From: a virus
Taxonomy: Duplodnaviria; Caudoviricetes
Strand: one strand, 5' to 3'
DNA length: 63,180 nucleotides
IMG/VR virus record: IMGVR_UViG_3300025645_000071
Span: 1 to 63,180 of that record
Shown: piece after piece, positions 8,015 through 18,418 of the stretch
Position numbering within the stretch: the stretch's first letter is position 1
Layout of the letters: the number at the start of each line of letters is the position of its first letter
Translations under genes and position numbers: made by a program
The notes under the pieces: generated by a model
What the model was told of the DNA's origin: nothing
Databases searched by the model: none
What the model saw: only the letters and a program-made list of their open reading frames with translations

Positions 8015-8601
8015 AAACATTAAATCTATTTATTGTTGAGTTAAAAAAAATTATTAAAGATACAATTACTACAGAAAGCGGTTTTGAGCTATATGTAGAT
8101 TCTAAATTTGAAGGCGGTGAGTTTGAACATAGAATTACTGAAGGTCCTGTTGTCTGTGCTCCCTTAAAATACAATACTGGGGTAAAAAAAGGTGATACTA
8201 TATACTTTCACCACTTAGTAGTAGTTAATGATGGTCAAGCTTTAACAGGCGTAGACGATCATTATTTAATATACTATGATGACAAAAACACAATTAATAA
8301 TCAGGCAATAGCTTATAAGTGTAAGGATACTGGAGAAATAAAACCTTTAGCTGGATGGTCTTTACTAGAGCCTGTAGAAGAAGAAAAGAAAGTAGAATCT
8401 GAATTAATAGAACTTGTGTCTCTTAAAGAAAAATTACCTACTACAGGTAAGGTTGCATTTGATGCTCCTTGGTTAAAAGAAATGAATATTTCATCAGGAG
8501 ATATTGTAGGGTTTCAAGAAAATAGAGATTACCGTATAAAAATAGATGGAAAGGAATATTATCGCACTCGTGCAGAAGACTTAATGTATAAATTAAATTA
8601 A
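8011..8601 (+). CDS. groES: Co-chaperonin GroES-like protein (two tandem domains)
   Basis: TESGFELY...GPVV...VKKGDTIYF, and PLAGWSLLEP...GDIVGF...IKIDGKEY. Confidence 0.7.
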   Translation: MKTLNLFIVELKKIIKDTITTESGFELYVDSKFEGGEFEHRITEGPVVCAPLKYNTGVKKGDTIYFHHLVVVNDGQALTGVDDHYLIYYDDKNTINNQAIAYKCKDTGEIKPLAGWSLLEPVEEEKKVESELIELVSLKEKLPTTGKVAFDAPWLKEMNISSGDIVGFQENRDYRIKIDGKEYYRTRAEDLMYKLN

Positions 8602-8602
8602 A

Positions 8603-8863
8603 ATGTTTGATAAAATAGAATTATGGGAAGAGCTTGAAAGCAATGAATGCCTTTTAGCTGATGGATTAAACGATGCTGTAGTTGGTATAAGCTATGGAGT
8701 AGAACCTAAAACAGTATATAGTGTTCATAAAATAATTGAAATACTTATGGAAGACGGTATGGAATGGGAAGAAGCAATCGAACATTTTTCTTACAATATA
8801 GGTGGGGCTTATGTAGGTGAAAAAACACCAATCTTTATTTATGATTTAGATGAGCAGGAGTAA
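8603..8863 (+). CDS. Conserved hypothetical phage protein
   Basis: ADGLNDAVVG...EEAIEHFSYNIGGAYVGEKTPIFI motif. Confidence 0.75.
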   Translation: MFDKIELWEELESNECLLADGLNDAVVGISYGVEPKTVYSVHKIIEILMEDGMEWEEAIEHFSYNIGGAYVGEKTPIFIYDLDEQE

Positions 8864-9140
8864 GTTTACTACCATATCTGCCTCTCAAAGGCTTATGAAA
8901 AGTATGGAGGAAGCTATAGATAACATGATAGAAGAAATCAAAAAACCTGTTGATCCTGAAATCAATGGTAGCGCAAGAAAAGCTGAACTTCAGTCTATTA
9001 AACAAACAGCTACCGACTGTAAGGAGTTAATTATAGAAAGGCAACGTTTAGAACAGATGGTTAAAGATCTAAAAACAAGTGGGGAAATAGGGGATACAAA
9101 AGATTATACTGGAGGGTTTGCAGAAAGATTTTCTAAGTAA
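8850..9140 (+). CDS. Putative terminase small subunit
   Basis: Helical protein ending GGFAERFSK, upstream of the large terminase; assignment by synteny. Confidence 0.5.
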   Translation: MSRSKFTTISASQRLMKSMEEAIDNMIEEIKKPVDPEINGSARKAELQSIKQTATDCKELIIERQRLEQMVKDLKTSGEIGDTKDYTGGFAERFSK

Positions 9141-9505
9141 TGGCATACAAAGACCCTAAAGATCAAGCAGCTGCATCAAAACGTCATTATGAAGCTAATA
9201 AAGAAAAGATTATAAAGAGGTCTAAAAAAAGAAATATTAGACAAAGAGATAAAAATAGGCTTTATGTAGAAAACATAAAAAAACAATCAGGTTGTGTTGA
9301 CTGTGGAGAGTCAAATCATCTTGTTTTAGATTTCGATCATATAGAAGACAATAAATATAAATGCATATCTAATATGGTTTATGAATCTTACAGTATAAAA
9401 ACCATACAAAAAGAAATAGATAAGTGTGAAGTAAGGTGCTCTAACTGTCATAGAATAATTACACATAATAGAAGAAATAATAATAGTAACTTGCAAGAGT
9501 TATGA
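9140..9505 (+). CDS. HNH endonuclease
   Basis: CVDCG...LDFDH...EIDKCEVRCSNCHRIIT. Confidence 0.85.
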   Translation: MAYKDPKDQAAASKRHYEANKEKIIKRSKKRNIRQRDKNRLYVENIKKQSGCVDCGESNHLVLDFDHIEDNKYKCISNMVYESYSIKTIQKEIDKCEVRCSNCHRIITHNRRNNNSNLQEL

Positions 9506-9747
9506 GAGCTATAAAAAAGAAAAGAAATTATAAGAAGGAGTATAAAAAATTCCAATCTTCATCTAAGTCAAAGAAGAATCGTGCTGCAAGAAATAAGAGA
9601 AGAAGATATGCTGTCAAAAAAGGTAAAGTAAAAAAAGGTGATGGGAAAGATATTCACCATATAGGAAGTAAAACTAGAATAGAATCTAAATCTAAAAATA
9701 GAGGTAGAAAAGAAAAGTCAAGATTAAAAGGATCTAAACGTAAATAA
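9502..9747 (+). CDS. Highly basic protein with degenerate HNH-like motif
   Basis: RNYKKEY...RAARNKRRR...KGDGKDIHH...SKNR. Confidence 0.7.
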   Translation: MRAIKKKRNYKKEYKKFQSSSKSKKNRAARNKRRRYAVKKGKVKKGDGKDIHHIGSKTRIESKSKNRGRKEKSRLKGSKRK

Positions 9748-9773
9748 AATTTAATATGTATTTAATTAAAAAA

Positions 9774-9995
9774 ATGAGATGGCTATTCATTATAGCTTTT
9801 TGGTGTGTAGTTATTTCTATGCTTTCTTCTTGTTCTTTGCAGAATCAACATAGAAGATCTCAATCTAACGATTATAGCCAATGCTGGTGTATTGACCCGT
9901 GGGTTGGAGCTGCTGAATGGTGTTGTCCTGGTAAAGAGCCAAAATATATGGCTCCTTATAAGCATAAGAAAGGTTATACTAAAGCGTCATTCTAA
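9774..9995 (+). CDS. Putative Cys-rich lipoprotein
   Basis: Hydrophobic leader with lipobox LSSC; four further Cys in the mature part. Confidence 0.55.
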   Translation: MRWLFIIAFWCVVISMLSSCSLQNQHRRSQSNDYSQCWCIDPWVGAAEWCCPGKEPKYMAPYKHKKGYTKASF

Positions 9996-10201
9996 TGGCT
10001 GATTTTAAATGTGAGTGTAACAATAAGGTTGTAAGTAAATCTTCAGTTACGATAAGATACATTGAAGGTTACGGAGTGATACCTGATGTAAAATGTGAAA
10101 GTTGCGGAGAATATATGACTTCAATTACAAAAGAAAGAAATTACACAAAAGATGGAGTTGCTTCTCTTGGTAGGATGAATAGGAACGGTAGCAGCTATTG
10201 A
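9995..10201 (+). CDS. Zinc-ribbon protein
   Basis: CEC...CESCG. Confidence 0.65.
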   Translation: MADFKCECNNKVVSKSSVTIRYIEGYGVIPDVKCESCGEYMTSITKERNYTKDGVASLGRMNRNGSSY

Positions 10202-12321
10202 TGTCTGTATTACTAAACATAAAAGAATATGAAGAACCTGCTGTTAAGATTTGTCCCAACGGTACGGAAGGTGAGCTTATCGAACTCGGTGGGTTACTCA
10301 TTTGTCTTCCGAAAAGGCCGCCGAAGAAAGAAATTTTCGGATATAAAGAATCAGACTCTATGCAAATGTGGAGAAGGTTATCTATGCCGACGGAATTGTC
10401 TCGTATTCGTTCTATGGATGAGTGGGCAGAAATGCCAAGGGAGTTTAGAGAGAGGTTTCGTCCATATGTCGAGGAAGAGTTTAGGCGTAGGCGTGAGGGT
10501 TTTTGGTTTTATAACAACGGTGCAGCTACATATATTACGGGGAGGCATTACATGATGCTACAATGGACTAAGCTAGATATTGGCTATCCATATTATTTAA
10601 ATTTTCAACGTGAAATATTTTTACACATGGCTGCTTGTGAGGCTGACCCTCGTTGTATCGGTCAGCTTTACACTAAGTGTCGTCGCTCTGGGTATACCAA
10701 TATATGCTCTGCCGTACTTGTTGATGAGGCTACACAAGTTAAAGACAAGCTTATGGGGATACAGTCTAAGACTGGTAAGGATGCACAAGAAAACATATTT
10801 ATGAAAAAGGTTGTTTTTATGTTTAGGAACTACCCTTTCTTCTTTAAACCTATTCAAGATGGTACAACTAACCCACGTATGGAGTTAGCATTTAGAGAGC
10901 CATCAAAGCGTATTACCAAGAAAAACAAAACAGCTCAAACTGGTGAAGCGCTTAATACAGTGATTAATTGGAAAAACACAACTAATAATGCATATGATGG
11001 TGAGAAGCTGCACATATTATATTTAGACGAAGCAGGAAAATGGGAAAAACCAACAGACATAAGAGACGCTTGGAGGATACAGAGGACCTGTTTGATCGTC
11101 GGAAGAAAAATCGTGGGAAAGGCTCTAGTGGGAAGCACAGTAAACCCTATGTCAAAAGGCGGAAAAGAATACAAGAGTTTATGGGAGGATTCGAATCCTT
11201 CGGAGAGGAACAAGAATGGGAGGACTAAAACTGGGTTATACAGATTGTTTATATCAGCAGAGCAGTCTCTTGAAGGCTTCTTTGATTTATATGGGAATCC
11301 AGTTTCTGAAGATCCAGAAAATCCTATAGAAGGTATAGATGGTGAAGATATAGTTATTGGCTCTAGAACATACCTTAAGAATGAACGATCTTCTCTAAAA
11401 GATAATGCTTCTGAAATGAATGAGGTTATACGTCAATTTCCTTTTACTTCAGACGAAGCATTTAGAGACAGTATAGAAGGAAGCGTATTTAATATTGGAA
11501 AGATATACGAACAAATAGAATATAACGATGAGCTTTTTCCAAACCCTGTAGTTACTGGTAACTTTATATGGAAAGGAGGTAATCAAGATACCGAGGTTGT
11601 GTTTAGTCCAGATCCAAACGGCAGATTTAAAATATCCTGGATGCCACCTGTAGATTTAAGAAACAAAAAAGCAGCTATAAGAGGCAAAAAAATAGCCCCT
11701 AACTCTCATATGGGTTGCGGAGGAGTTGACTCTTATGATCTTGATGCTACTGTAGACGGCAGAGGCTCTAAAGGAGCATTACATTTATATAATAAATTTC
11801 ACATGGAGCACCCTTCTAATATGTTTGTATTAGAATATGCCTCTCGCCCTCCTCTTGCAAAAATATTTTATGAAGACGTACTTATGGCTGCTGTGTTTTA
11901 TGGGTATCCTATCTTAATTGAGAACAATAAGTACGGCATCGCAAGATACTTTGAATCAAGGGGTTACGACGGATACCTAATGGACAGACCTAAACACTTA
12001 AAAACTGGTACGGCTAAAGTTAAAGTAAAAACAAAAGGGATCCCTTCAAACTCTCAAGATATAATTCAAGCTCATGCTCACGCTATAGAGTCTTACATAC
12101 ACGAACATGTTGGGGTAAATCATGAGGCCAATAAAGTTGGTAATATGTATTTTAATAAAACTCTTGAAGATTGGATAGGTTACAAAATTGATAATAGAAC
12201 TAAGTTTGACCTTACTATTAGTTCTGGTTTAGCTTTACTTGCTGCTCAAAAGGTTAAAAAGAAAAAAGTTAGCAGCTTTGATGAAAGGAAGTTTTTTAGG
12301 CGATACAAAGTCGTCGGCTAA
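10198..12321 (+). CDS. terL: Terminase large subunit
   Basis: Walker A-like KCRRSGYT, Walker B LYLDEAGKW, VGST coupling motif, RNase H-fold GGVDSYD...IENNK...FDLTISSG. Confidence 0.92.
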   Translation: MMSVLLNIKEYEEPAVKICPNGTEGELIELGGLLICLPKRPPKKEIFGYKESDSMQMWRRLSMPTELSRIRSMDEWAEMPREFRERFRPYVEEEFRRRREGFWFYNNGAATYITGRHYMMLQWTKLDIGYPYYLNFQREIFLHMAACEADPRCIGQLYTKCRRSGYTNICSAVLVDEATQVKDKLMGIQSKTGKDAQENIFMKKVVFMFRNYPFFFKPIQDGTTNPRMELAFREPSKRITKKNKTAQTGEALNTVINWKNTTNNAYDGEKLHILYLDEAGKWEKPTDIRDAWRIQRTCLIVGRKIVGKALVGSTVNPMSKGGKEYKSLWEDSNPSERNKNGRTKTGLYRLFISAEQSLEGFFDLYGNPVSEDPENPIEGIDGEDIVIGSRTYLKNERSSLKDNASEMNEVIRQFPFTSDEAFRDSIEGSVFNIGKIYEQIEYNDELFPNPVVTGNFIWKGGNQDTEVVFSPDPNGRFKISWMPPVDLRNKKAAIRGKKIAPNSHMGCGGVDSYDLDATVDGRGSKGALHLYNKFHMEHPSNMFVLEYASRPPLAKIFYEDVLMAAVFYGYPILIENNKYGIARYFESRGYDGYLMDRPKHLKTGTAKVKVKTKGIPSNSQDIIQAHAHAIESYIHEHVGVNHEANKVGNMYFNKTLEDWIGYKIDNRTKFDLTISSGLALLAAQKVKKKKVSSFDERKFFRRYKVVG

Positions 12322-12326
12322 TTTCC

Positions 12327-12334
12327 TATATTTG
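12327..12334 (+). promoter_or_regulatory. -7 promoter element
   Basis: Intergenic TATATTTG before the portal gene. Confidence 0.6.
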
Positions 12335-12354
12335 CAATATATACTCCAACGTTA

Positions 12355-14784
12355 ATGAAACAATATAGCGGTAAAAAAAATTTCCCAGACCCACTTGCTC
12401 CCCAAGAACAGAAGGAGAGTAAAGAATATGGTCTAAGATATGCTAAGGCTATCGAGTCTCAGTGGGGGAAAAAGTCTGAAAACTCATCTTTATTTTCAAA
12501 AAGATATACGCTGTTTGAAAGAAACAAGGAGTACGCTAATGGCGTTCAAGATACTTCAATCTATAAAAGATTATTAAACGTACAAGACCCTAATGCAGGG
12601 GATGGTAGTTTAATGAATATTGACTATACTCCTGTTCCTATACTACCTAAGTTTGTTAGAATTGTAGTAAATAAAATATTAGGGAGAAATCTTTATCCAA
12701 ATTTAGAAGCAATCGATCCTTTGTCTTCTTCAGAAAAAAATAGGGATAAAAAAAGAATTGAGATTCAGGTTGCTTTAAGGAAGCAGCTAATGGCTTTTAA
12801 AGAAAAAACAGGCGCAACTATTGGTATGGATCCAGAAATGATTCCAGATAGCGAAGCTGAAGCAGAAATATTTATTGGAGAGAATGTAAAAAGCGATGCT
12901 GAAATAGCAGCTCAAGTTGCTACTGATATGACATTGTCTTGGAATAATTTTGACGATAATATATTTAGAAGGTGTGTAAACGATTTAGCTACAAATGGAA
13001 TGGCTGTAGTTAAAAGATCAAATGATCCTAATTACGGAATTAAAACTCATTATGTAGAACCTAAAGATTTTATTCATAGCGAAACTAATGATCCAAGTTT
13101 TGAGGATATAACCTACGGAGGGCATATTAAGAGTATGCCTATTCAGGAATTAAAAAGAATAGCTAGTGGGGAGTTAGAAGAAGAAGATTTTGAAAAAATA
13201 GCTAAGAAAACTTCTGGTAGATCATCTAATGGTCGCACTTATGATAACAATTTAGGGAAAAACGTATATGACTACGATGAGTATTCAGTTGATGTACTAG
13301 AATTTGAATTCTTGTCTACTGACTGCATGCATTTTGAGGAGAAGGAGAATAGATTCGGCAATAGAAACTTTTTCTATGAAGGCTTCGATTATAAAGAAAA
13401 GGCTGGTAGTGTTTTTGAGAGAAAGCCACATAAAATGGAGATTGTAAATGTTTACAAAGGCTATTACATTGTAGGCACAGATTATTTGTTTGGATACGGT
13501 AGAATGCATAATGTGCCTAAAAACATATACGATATAAGTAAAGCAAGACTTTCGTATTCTGTTGTTGCAACAAACCTTACCGATATGATGCCAAAATCTA
13601 TGGTTAATAGCTGTATAGGTTTTGCTGACATGTTACAATTAACCCACTTAAAAATCCAACAAGCTATTGCTAAGGCAAAGCCAGATGGACTTATCATTGA
13701 TATTGAAGGGTTAGAAAATGTTCAGCTTGGAAAATCAGGTGAATTGCAACCATTAGATTTGCACGATATATATGAGCAAACTGGTGTATTCTATTACAGA
13801 AGTAAAAATCCTGAAGGTGGATTCCAAAACCCGCCAATTCGTGAGATAGGTAATAGCATTAGAAATATTAATGAGCTTATTGGCCTGTACAATCATTATC
13901 TAAGAATGATACGTGATACTACGGGAATTAATGAAGTTGTTGATGCTAGCACGCCAAAATCAGAAGCTTTAGTAGGAGTGAGAGAGCAAGCTATTGCGGC
14001 ATCTAATAACGCAACTTATGATGTAACAAACGCATCTATGATTCTTTACAAGAATGTTTGTAATGATATAGTTAAGTGCATGCAAATACTACCAGAAGAA
14101 TCTGTTATTATGGATGTGTATAAAAATGCAATTGGCGAAACAAACATGAGTGTTCTTTCTAGTTTTGCTAGATTACCTATGTATAATTTTGGAGTTCAGG
14201 TTCAAAGAGATATGGATGATAAAGACCAGGCTTATTTAGAGCAGGCCATTCAAATTTCTCTTCAACAAAAAGAAATAGATCTTGAAGATGCTATGGCTAT
14301 TCGAGAGCTTAAGGATGTAAACCAGGCTGAAAGACTTCTTATAGTTAGAAGAAAAAAGAAGATGCAGCAAGCTCAGGCGATGATGATGCAACAACAGCAA
14401 ATGCAAGCTCAGATGGCGCAGCAGGCTAAAGCTACTGAACTCCAGATGGAAGGTCAGAAGATGCAAGCTGAAGCTCAAATAGAAGCTCAGAAAATGCAAC
14501 TTAAAGCACAAATAGACGCACAACTATCTTCAATGAGGCATGAGTTTAATAAAGAAATTGAAACTATAAGAGCTAAGGCTACTTTAGGATTCAAAGAAAC
14601 TGATGAAGAATTTAAAGAAAAACTTGAAGTCCTTAAAGAAGACAGAAAGGATGATAGAGTAGAAAAACAAGCTGTACAACAATCTAAACTTATTTCTCAA
14701 AGGAAAGGAAATAGAACTGAATTACAGCAAGGTGGTGAAAATCCAATGAGACAAATGTTAATGAATATGCAAAATGGCCAGTAA
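12355..14784 (+). CDS. Portal protein
   Basis: Follows terL. PVPILPKFVRIVVN, IQQAIAKAKPDGLIID, IRDTTGINE; Gln-rich coiled-coil C-terminus. Confidence 0.88.
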   Translation: MKQYSGKKNFPDPLAPQEQKESKEYGLRYAKAIESQWGKKSENSSLFSKRYTLFERNKEYANGVQDTSIYKRLLNVQDPNAGDGSLMNIDYTPVPILPKFVRIVVNKILGRNLYPNLEAIDPLSSSEKNRDKKRIEIQVALRKQLMAFKEKTGATIGMDPEMIPDSEAEAEIFIGENVKSDAEIAAQVATDMTLSWNNFDDNIFRRCVNDLATNGMAVVKRSNDPNYGIKTHYVEPKDFIHSETNDPSFEDITYGGHIKSMPIQELKRIASGELEEEDFEKIAKKTSGRSSNGRTYDNNLGKNVYDYDEYSVDVLEFEFLSTDCMHFEEKENRFGNRNFFYEGFDYKEKAGSVFERKPHKMEIVNVYKGYYIVGTDYLFGYGRMHNVPKNIYDISKARLSYSVVATNLTDMMPKSMVNSCIGFADMLQLTHLKIQQAIAKAKPDGLIIDIEGLENVQLGKSGELQPLDLHDIYEQTGVFYYRSKNPEGGFQNPPIREIGNSIRNINELIGLYNHYLRMIRDTTGINEVVDASTPKSEALVGVREQAIAASNNATYDVTNASMILYKNVCNDIVKCMQILPEESVIMDVYKNAIGETNMSVLSSFARLPMYNFGVQVQRDMDDKDQAYLEQAIQISLQQKEIDLEDAMAIRELKDVNQAERLLIVRRKKKMQQAQAMMMQQQQMQAQMAQQAKATELQMEGQKMQAEAQIEAQKMQLKAQIDAQLSSMRHEFNKEIETIRAKATLGFKETDEEFKEKLEVLKEDRKDDRVEKQAVQQSKLISQRKGNRTELQQGGENPMRQMLMNMQNGQ

Positions 14785-15226
14785 AGTAAATTTAGACGTA
14801 TCGGAAGTTTTAGACATCACTTGCCGTCAAGGAGATACATTTAGCCTAACCCTAACCCTAAAGGATTCTTCAGGGGCAGGCCTTACCTTGTCTACTTCAA
14901 ATTATGCATTTGTCATGCAAGTATGGCCATCTAATAAAAGAGGATCTAATCCTTTAATAGCCACTACAGAAAAAGGTTTAAAAGGAAGAAATTTAAAAAC
15001 AACAGAAATTCCAGGAGGTGCTTATTTTGAGCCTTTCGTTGTTGATGATAATGGTAATGTAACTATTACGGCTACGGCAGCTACTATGAGGAATGTGCCT
15101 TCAGGAAGGCATTTGTATGATCTTCAATATATTTTACCTACAACATCTGGAGTTGATACTCACACTACTGTTCTTCGTGGTTCTTTTGTTATTAATGAAG
15201 ATGTAACTAAGACAAACAGGAAGTAA
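14774..15226 (+). CDS. Tail hub/BppU-like adaptor protein
   Basis: LDITCRQGDTFSLTLTLKD...YDLQ...VLRGSFVI. Confidence 0.6.
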   Translation: MASKVNLDVSEVLDITCRQGDTFSLTLTLKDSSGAGLTLSTSNYAFVMQVWPSNKRGSNPLIATTEKGLKGRNLKTTEIPGGAYFEPFVVDDNGNVTITATAATMRNVPSGRHLYDLQYILPTTSGVDTHTTVLRGSFVINEDVTKTNRK

Positions 15227-16989
15227 TGAGCGTGAGTACAACAACTTCTCAGGGTAACACTGTAGATGTTTCAGTATCTGGCGGCAATACGGTAAGCTTA
15301 ACTCAATCATCAACCAGTATAAGTGTATCTACTCCAGCTACATCTAATATTGTTGTTACGGAAAAAGGCCCAAAAGGATTAACTGGAGCTACAGGAGCTA
15401 CAGGAGCTACAGGAGCTACAGGATCCGCAGGAGCTGCAGGGCCTACATATAGTGTTTCTTGTGTAGATGGGGATAGCTCTGACGAAGAAAAAATAAGATT
15501 AACAGGAAGCGACTCATCTACAGATGATGTTGTTATTAAGGCTGGCATTGGATTAAGTATAGCCAGAAATACTGATAAAATACTTCTTACTAATACTGTA
15601 TCAGACACTAATACTACTTATACTGCGGGAGATGGATTAAATCTTTCTGGGACTGAGTTTAGTGCTGATCTAAAATCTGATGGAGGATTAGTTATAGAGT
15701 CTGCAAAACTTGCTGTAGACTTAGCGGCCTCATCTATTACTGGAACTTTAGCTACAGGCGATGGCGGAACGGGTAGCACTTCTACCACATATTGTGCTTT
15801 AGGATCTAATGTGTCTGGAACTCTTCCTGTAGGTAATGGAGGTACGGGGGCTACAAGCCTTGCAGATAACTCTATTCTTACTGGTACTGGAACTAGCGCT
15901 ATAACAGCTGAAGCTAATTTAACATTTAGTTCTAATGTTCTTGCTATAGGAGCAGACGCAGATATAGAGCCTAAGATAACATTAACTAATGATGAGAACT
16001 CTGTAGAAATAGGTATAGCCAACGCTGCAGACGATATGGTAGATTTATCTACTGATGGAGATTTAGTTATTAATTCGGTTGGGAATCATAATATTATTTT
16101 TGCTAATAATGACGCACAAAGATTAACTATAGAGTCAGGGGGGGCTACTAAATTAGGAAGAGCTAATATTAACTCTTTGGTGAATTTTGGGACGATTCAA
16201 AGGTCAAATAGCGGCGCAGGTAAGGCACTAAATATTTCTGGAGGAAACCCAAAAACTGGAGAAACAGATACTAATGGAGGAGATTTAACTTTTGAAGGTG
16301 GTAAGGGAACGGGTACTGGAACAGGAGGTGATGTAGAAATTAAAACTTACCCGCCCTCTGGGAGTACTGGCACTAGCTTTAATCTTTCAGCTGAGATTTG
16401 GAAGTTTACTGATAATGGAGTGTTCCAAACACCTGGCGTTATAGAACTTGGTAACGCAAACGATACTACTATAGCTAGAGCTTCAGCTGGTAAAGTTACG
16501 ATAGAAGATAATCAAATAGTTACAGCTGGCGCTGTCAGTGTAGCTAGTGAAGCTCAAACTCCTGTAGGTATAATGGTAGCGAGGCGAACTATAACTACCG
16601 CTGAAGCCAACGCAATGAATTCAACACCTATTGAAATAGTACCAGCTCAAGGATCTAATACAGTTATCGTGCCTTTAAGCGGTATGATAAGAATTGACAG
16701 AGCCTCTACACAAAGCGCAAGTGCTGCTGATTGGAACATGCACTATGCTGATCAAGAGCCAGGCGCTTACCTTACCGCATCAATTCATCACATAAGAAGA
16801 TTTATGTACAACGAAACTGGTGATAGAATATATCACATAACACCTGGTCTTGCGTCCACAGAGGTAGGTCAAAGTTTAACTGAAGACGTTAACAAAGCTG
16901 TAGAGGTTAGCTTTGATTCAGCCACAACAACTGACTGTTTTACTAGCATAGACGTATATTTAACTTACCAAGTAATATCAATAGCATAA
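15226..16989 (+). CDS. Tail fibre protein with collagen-like segment
   Basis: GPKGLTGATGATGATGAT, YTAGDGL, LPVGNGGTGA; Gly/Thr-rich. Confidence 0.8.
   Translation: MSVSTTTSQGNTVDVSVSGGNTVSLTQSSTSISVSTPATSNIVVTEKGPKGLTGATGATGATGATGSAGAAGPTYSVSCVDGDSSDEEKIRLTGSDSSTDDVVIKAGIGLSIARNTDKILLTNTVSDTNTTYTAGDGLNLSGTEFSADLKSDGGLVIESAKLAVDLAASSITGTLATGDGGTGSTSTTYCALGSNVSGTLPVGNGGTGATSLADNSILTGTGTSAITAEANLTFSSNVLAIGADADIEPKITLTNDENSVEIGIANAADDMVDLSTDGDLVINSVGNHNIIFANNDAQRLTIESGGATKLGRANINSLVNFGTIQRSNSGAGKALNISGGNPKTGETDTNGGDLTFEGGKGTGTGTGGDVEIKTYPPSGSTGTSFNLSAEIWKFTDNGVFQTPGVIELGNANDTTIARASAGKVTIEDNQIVTAGAVSVASEAQTPVGIMVARRTITTAEANAMNSTPIEIVPAQGSNTVIVPLSGMIRIDRASTQSASAADWNMHYADQEPGAYLTASIHHIRRFMYNETGDRIYHITPGLASTEVGQSLTEDVNKAVEVSFDSATTTDCFTSIDVYLTYQVISIA
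15385..15420 (+). repeat. Tandem 9-bp repeat GGAGCTACA x4 (collagen GAT)
   Basis: Read directly from the sequence. Confidence 0.9.
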
Positions 16990-17585
16990 TGGCATTATCA
17001 ACGGCAAAACACGAAAAATTTTATGAAACATCAGGAAGTGGTGCGGATAAAGTTTCAACTAAAAACTTAACTGCCGCAACGAATGGTTGGGCTACAGAAA
17101 AAGCCGAGGGATGTTCTAAGTATATAGGTGACCCTATACTAGGTCCATTAATATACCAGTTGCAGCAGATGCAAGATGAGATAGATTATCTTAGAACAGA
17201 GATCAGCGCTAACAAAGATAAAGCTACGTTCCCAGGACTTGGTACATCTGGTAGCACAGCGTTAGCAGGAGACACTACTACTATATCTGGGGCTCAAGCT
17301 AGTGCTATTACAGCCAACACAGCTAAGACTAGTATGGCTTTAGGGACTAGCGGATCTACAGCTTTAGCAGGTGATACTAAAATCCCAGCGTTTACAGCTG
17401 ATGACACAAGCGTGGCTAACACTACCAAATCTACAGCTATTACGTTCGGTAATTTTACAACAACAGTTGTAGGTAAAAGCACTACGTATACCTTGCCTAT
17501 AACAGTGGCAGAAACAACTGTAGTTACAGGTAGTAAGCCAAGTACAACCACTTTAACTAAAACAGCAACTTTAACATTAACGTAA
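16989..17585 (+). CDS. Tail fibre-associated protein
   Basis: Coiled coil, then LGTSGSTALAGDT twice; Thr-rich. Confidence 0.65.
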   Translation: MALSTAKHEKFYETSGSGADKVSTKNLTAATNGWATEKAEGCSKYIGDPILGPLIYQLQQMQDEIDYLRTEISANKDKATFPGLGTSGSTALAGDTTTISGAQASAITANTAKTSMALGTSGSTALAGDTKIPAFTADDTSVANTTKSTAITFGNFTTTVVGKSTTYTLPITVAETTVVTGSKPSTTTLTKTATLTLT

Positions 17586-17603
17586 TATAAGTATATTTAA
17601 ATT

Positions 17604-17807
17604 ATGTCTTACTCAACAAATAAAACAACTAAAAAAAGAATAGATTCTCTTTTACAGAAAAATTCTTTATATCAATCATCCAATATGTGTGTTACAAATA
17701 GCAAAACAGCTAGAGAAAATATAAACAGGCATTGTAGAGTGAATTTTATTAACCCTATAAAAGATATTGATGAGGTTTTTTATAAAACAATATCCGTAGG
17801 GTCTTAA
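17604..17807 (+). CDS. Hypothetical protein
   Basis: 67 aa ORF with an A/T-rich initiation region. Confidence 0.65.
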   Translation: MSYSTNKTTKKRIDSLLQKNSLYQSSNMCVTNSKTARENINRHCRVNFINPIKDIDEVFYKTISVGS

Positions 17808-17808
17808 C

Positions 17809-18006
17809 ATGGCTAAAGTTATAAAATATAAAAAAGGGGGTAAGCTTTCTATAAGTAGTAAAACTGTATCTGTTGATCCCCCACAAGGTTATCACTGGAT
17901 GGAAGAACAAGGAAGATACTATCTTATGAAAGGTGATTATAAACCACATCCAGGAGCTGTTGCTAAAGCAAAATTTAAAACTGCCAATCATGCCAAAAGC
18001 AATTAA
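17809..18006 (+). CDS. Small basic protein
   Basis: YKKGGKL, PPQGYHWM. Confidence 0.7.
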   Translation: MAKVIKYKKGGKLSISSKTVSVDPPQGYHWMEEQGRYYLMKGDYKPHPGAVAKAKFKTANHAKSN

Positions 18007-18166
18007 AAAAACCGAAGAATATAAAAAAGGAGGCACTACTAAAGATGCTTGTTATCACAAAGTAAAAGCACGTTATAAAAAATGGCCTTCTGCTTACGCT
18101 TCTGGCGCTTTAGCTAAGTGTCGTAAAGTAGGTGCTGCAAATTGGGGTAATAAGAGTAAAAAGTAA
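17990..18166 (+). CDS. Small basic conserved phage protein (DUF5872-like)
   Basis: DACYHKVKARYKKWPSAYASGALAKCRK. Start moved to MPKA at 17990. Confidence 0.7.
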   Translation: MPKAIKKTEEYKKGGTTKDACYHKVKARYKKWPSAYASGALAKCRKVGAANWGNKSKK

Positions 18167-18414
18167 TGGCTGTTCGCAAAACCAAAAAAGGCCTTGCTTT
18201 AAAAAGATGGTTTAAAGAAAAATGGAGAACACCTAGAGGAAAGAAAAAATATAAAGGGAAAGACAGAACCTTTAGACCTACAGTTCGTGTGTCAAAAAAA
18301 ACACCAGCTACGTGGTCTGAGTTAAGTCCTTCAGAAAAAGCTAGAGCCGCAAAAGAAAAACGAAAAAAAGGAAGAGTATCTAGATATAAGGTCAAGAAAA
18401 AGACAAAGAAATAA
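18166..18414 (+). CDS. Small basic conserved phage protein
   Basis: LKRWFKEKW...RPTVRVSKKTP..WSELS. Confidence 0.75.
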   Translation: MAVRKTKKGLALKRWFKEKWRTPRGKKKYKGKDRTFRPTVRVSKKTPATWSELSPSEKARAAKEKRKKGRVSRYKVKKKTKK

Positions 18415-18418
18415 TAAC

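Noticed and set aside
10229-11228. Alternative-frame ORFs inside terL, and possible intron or intein
   Set aside because: TerL is continuous with all motifs at normal spacing; the nested ORFs have no recognisable features.
15226-16989. Diversity-generating retroelement acting on the tail fibre
   Set aside because: No reverse transcriptase and no template/variable repeat pair seen.
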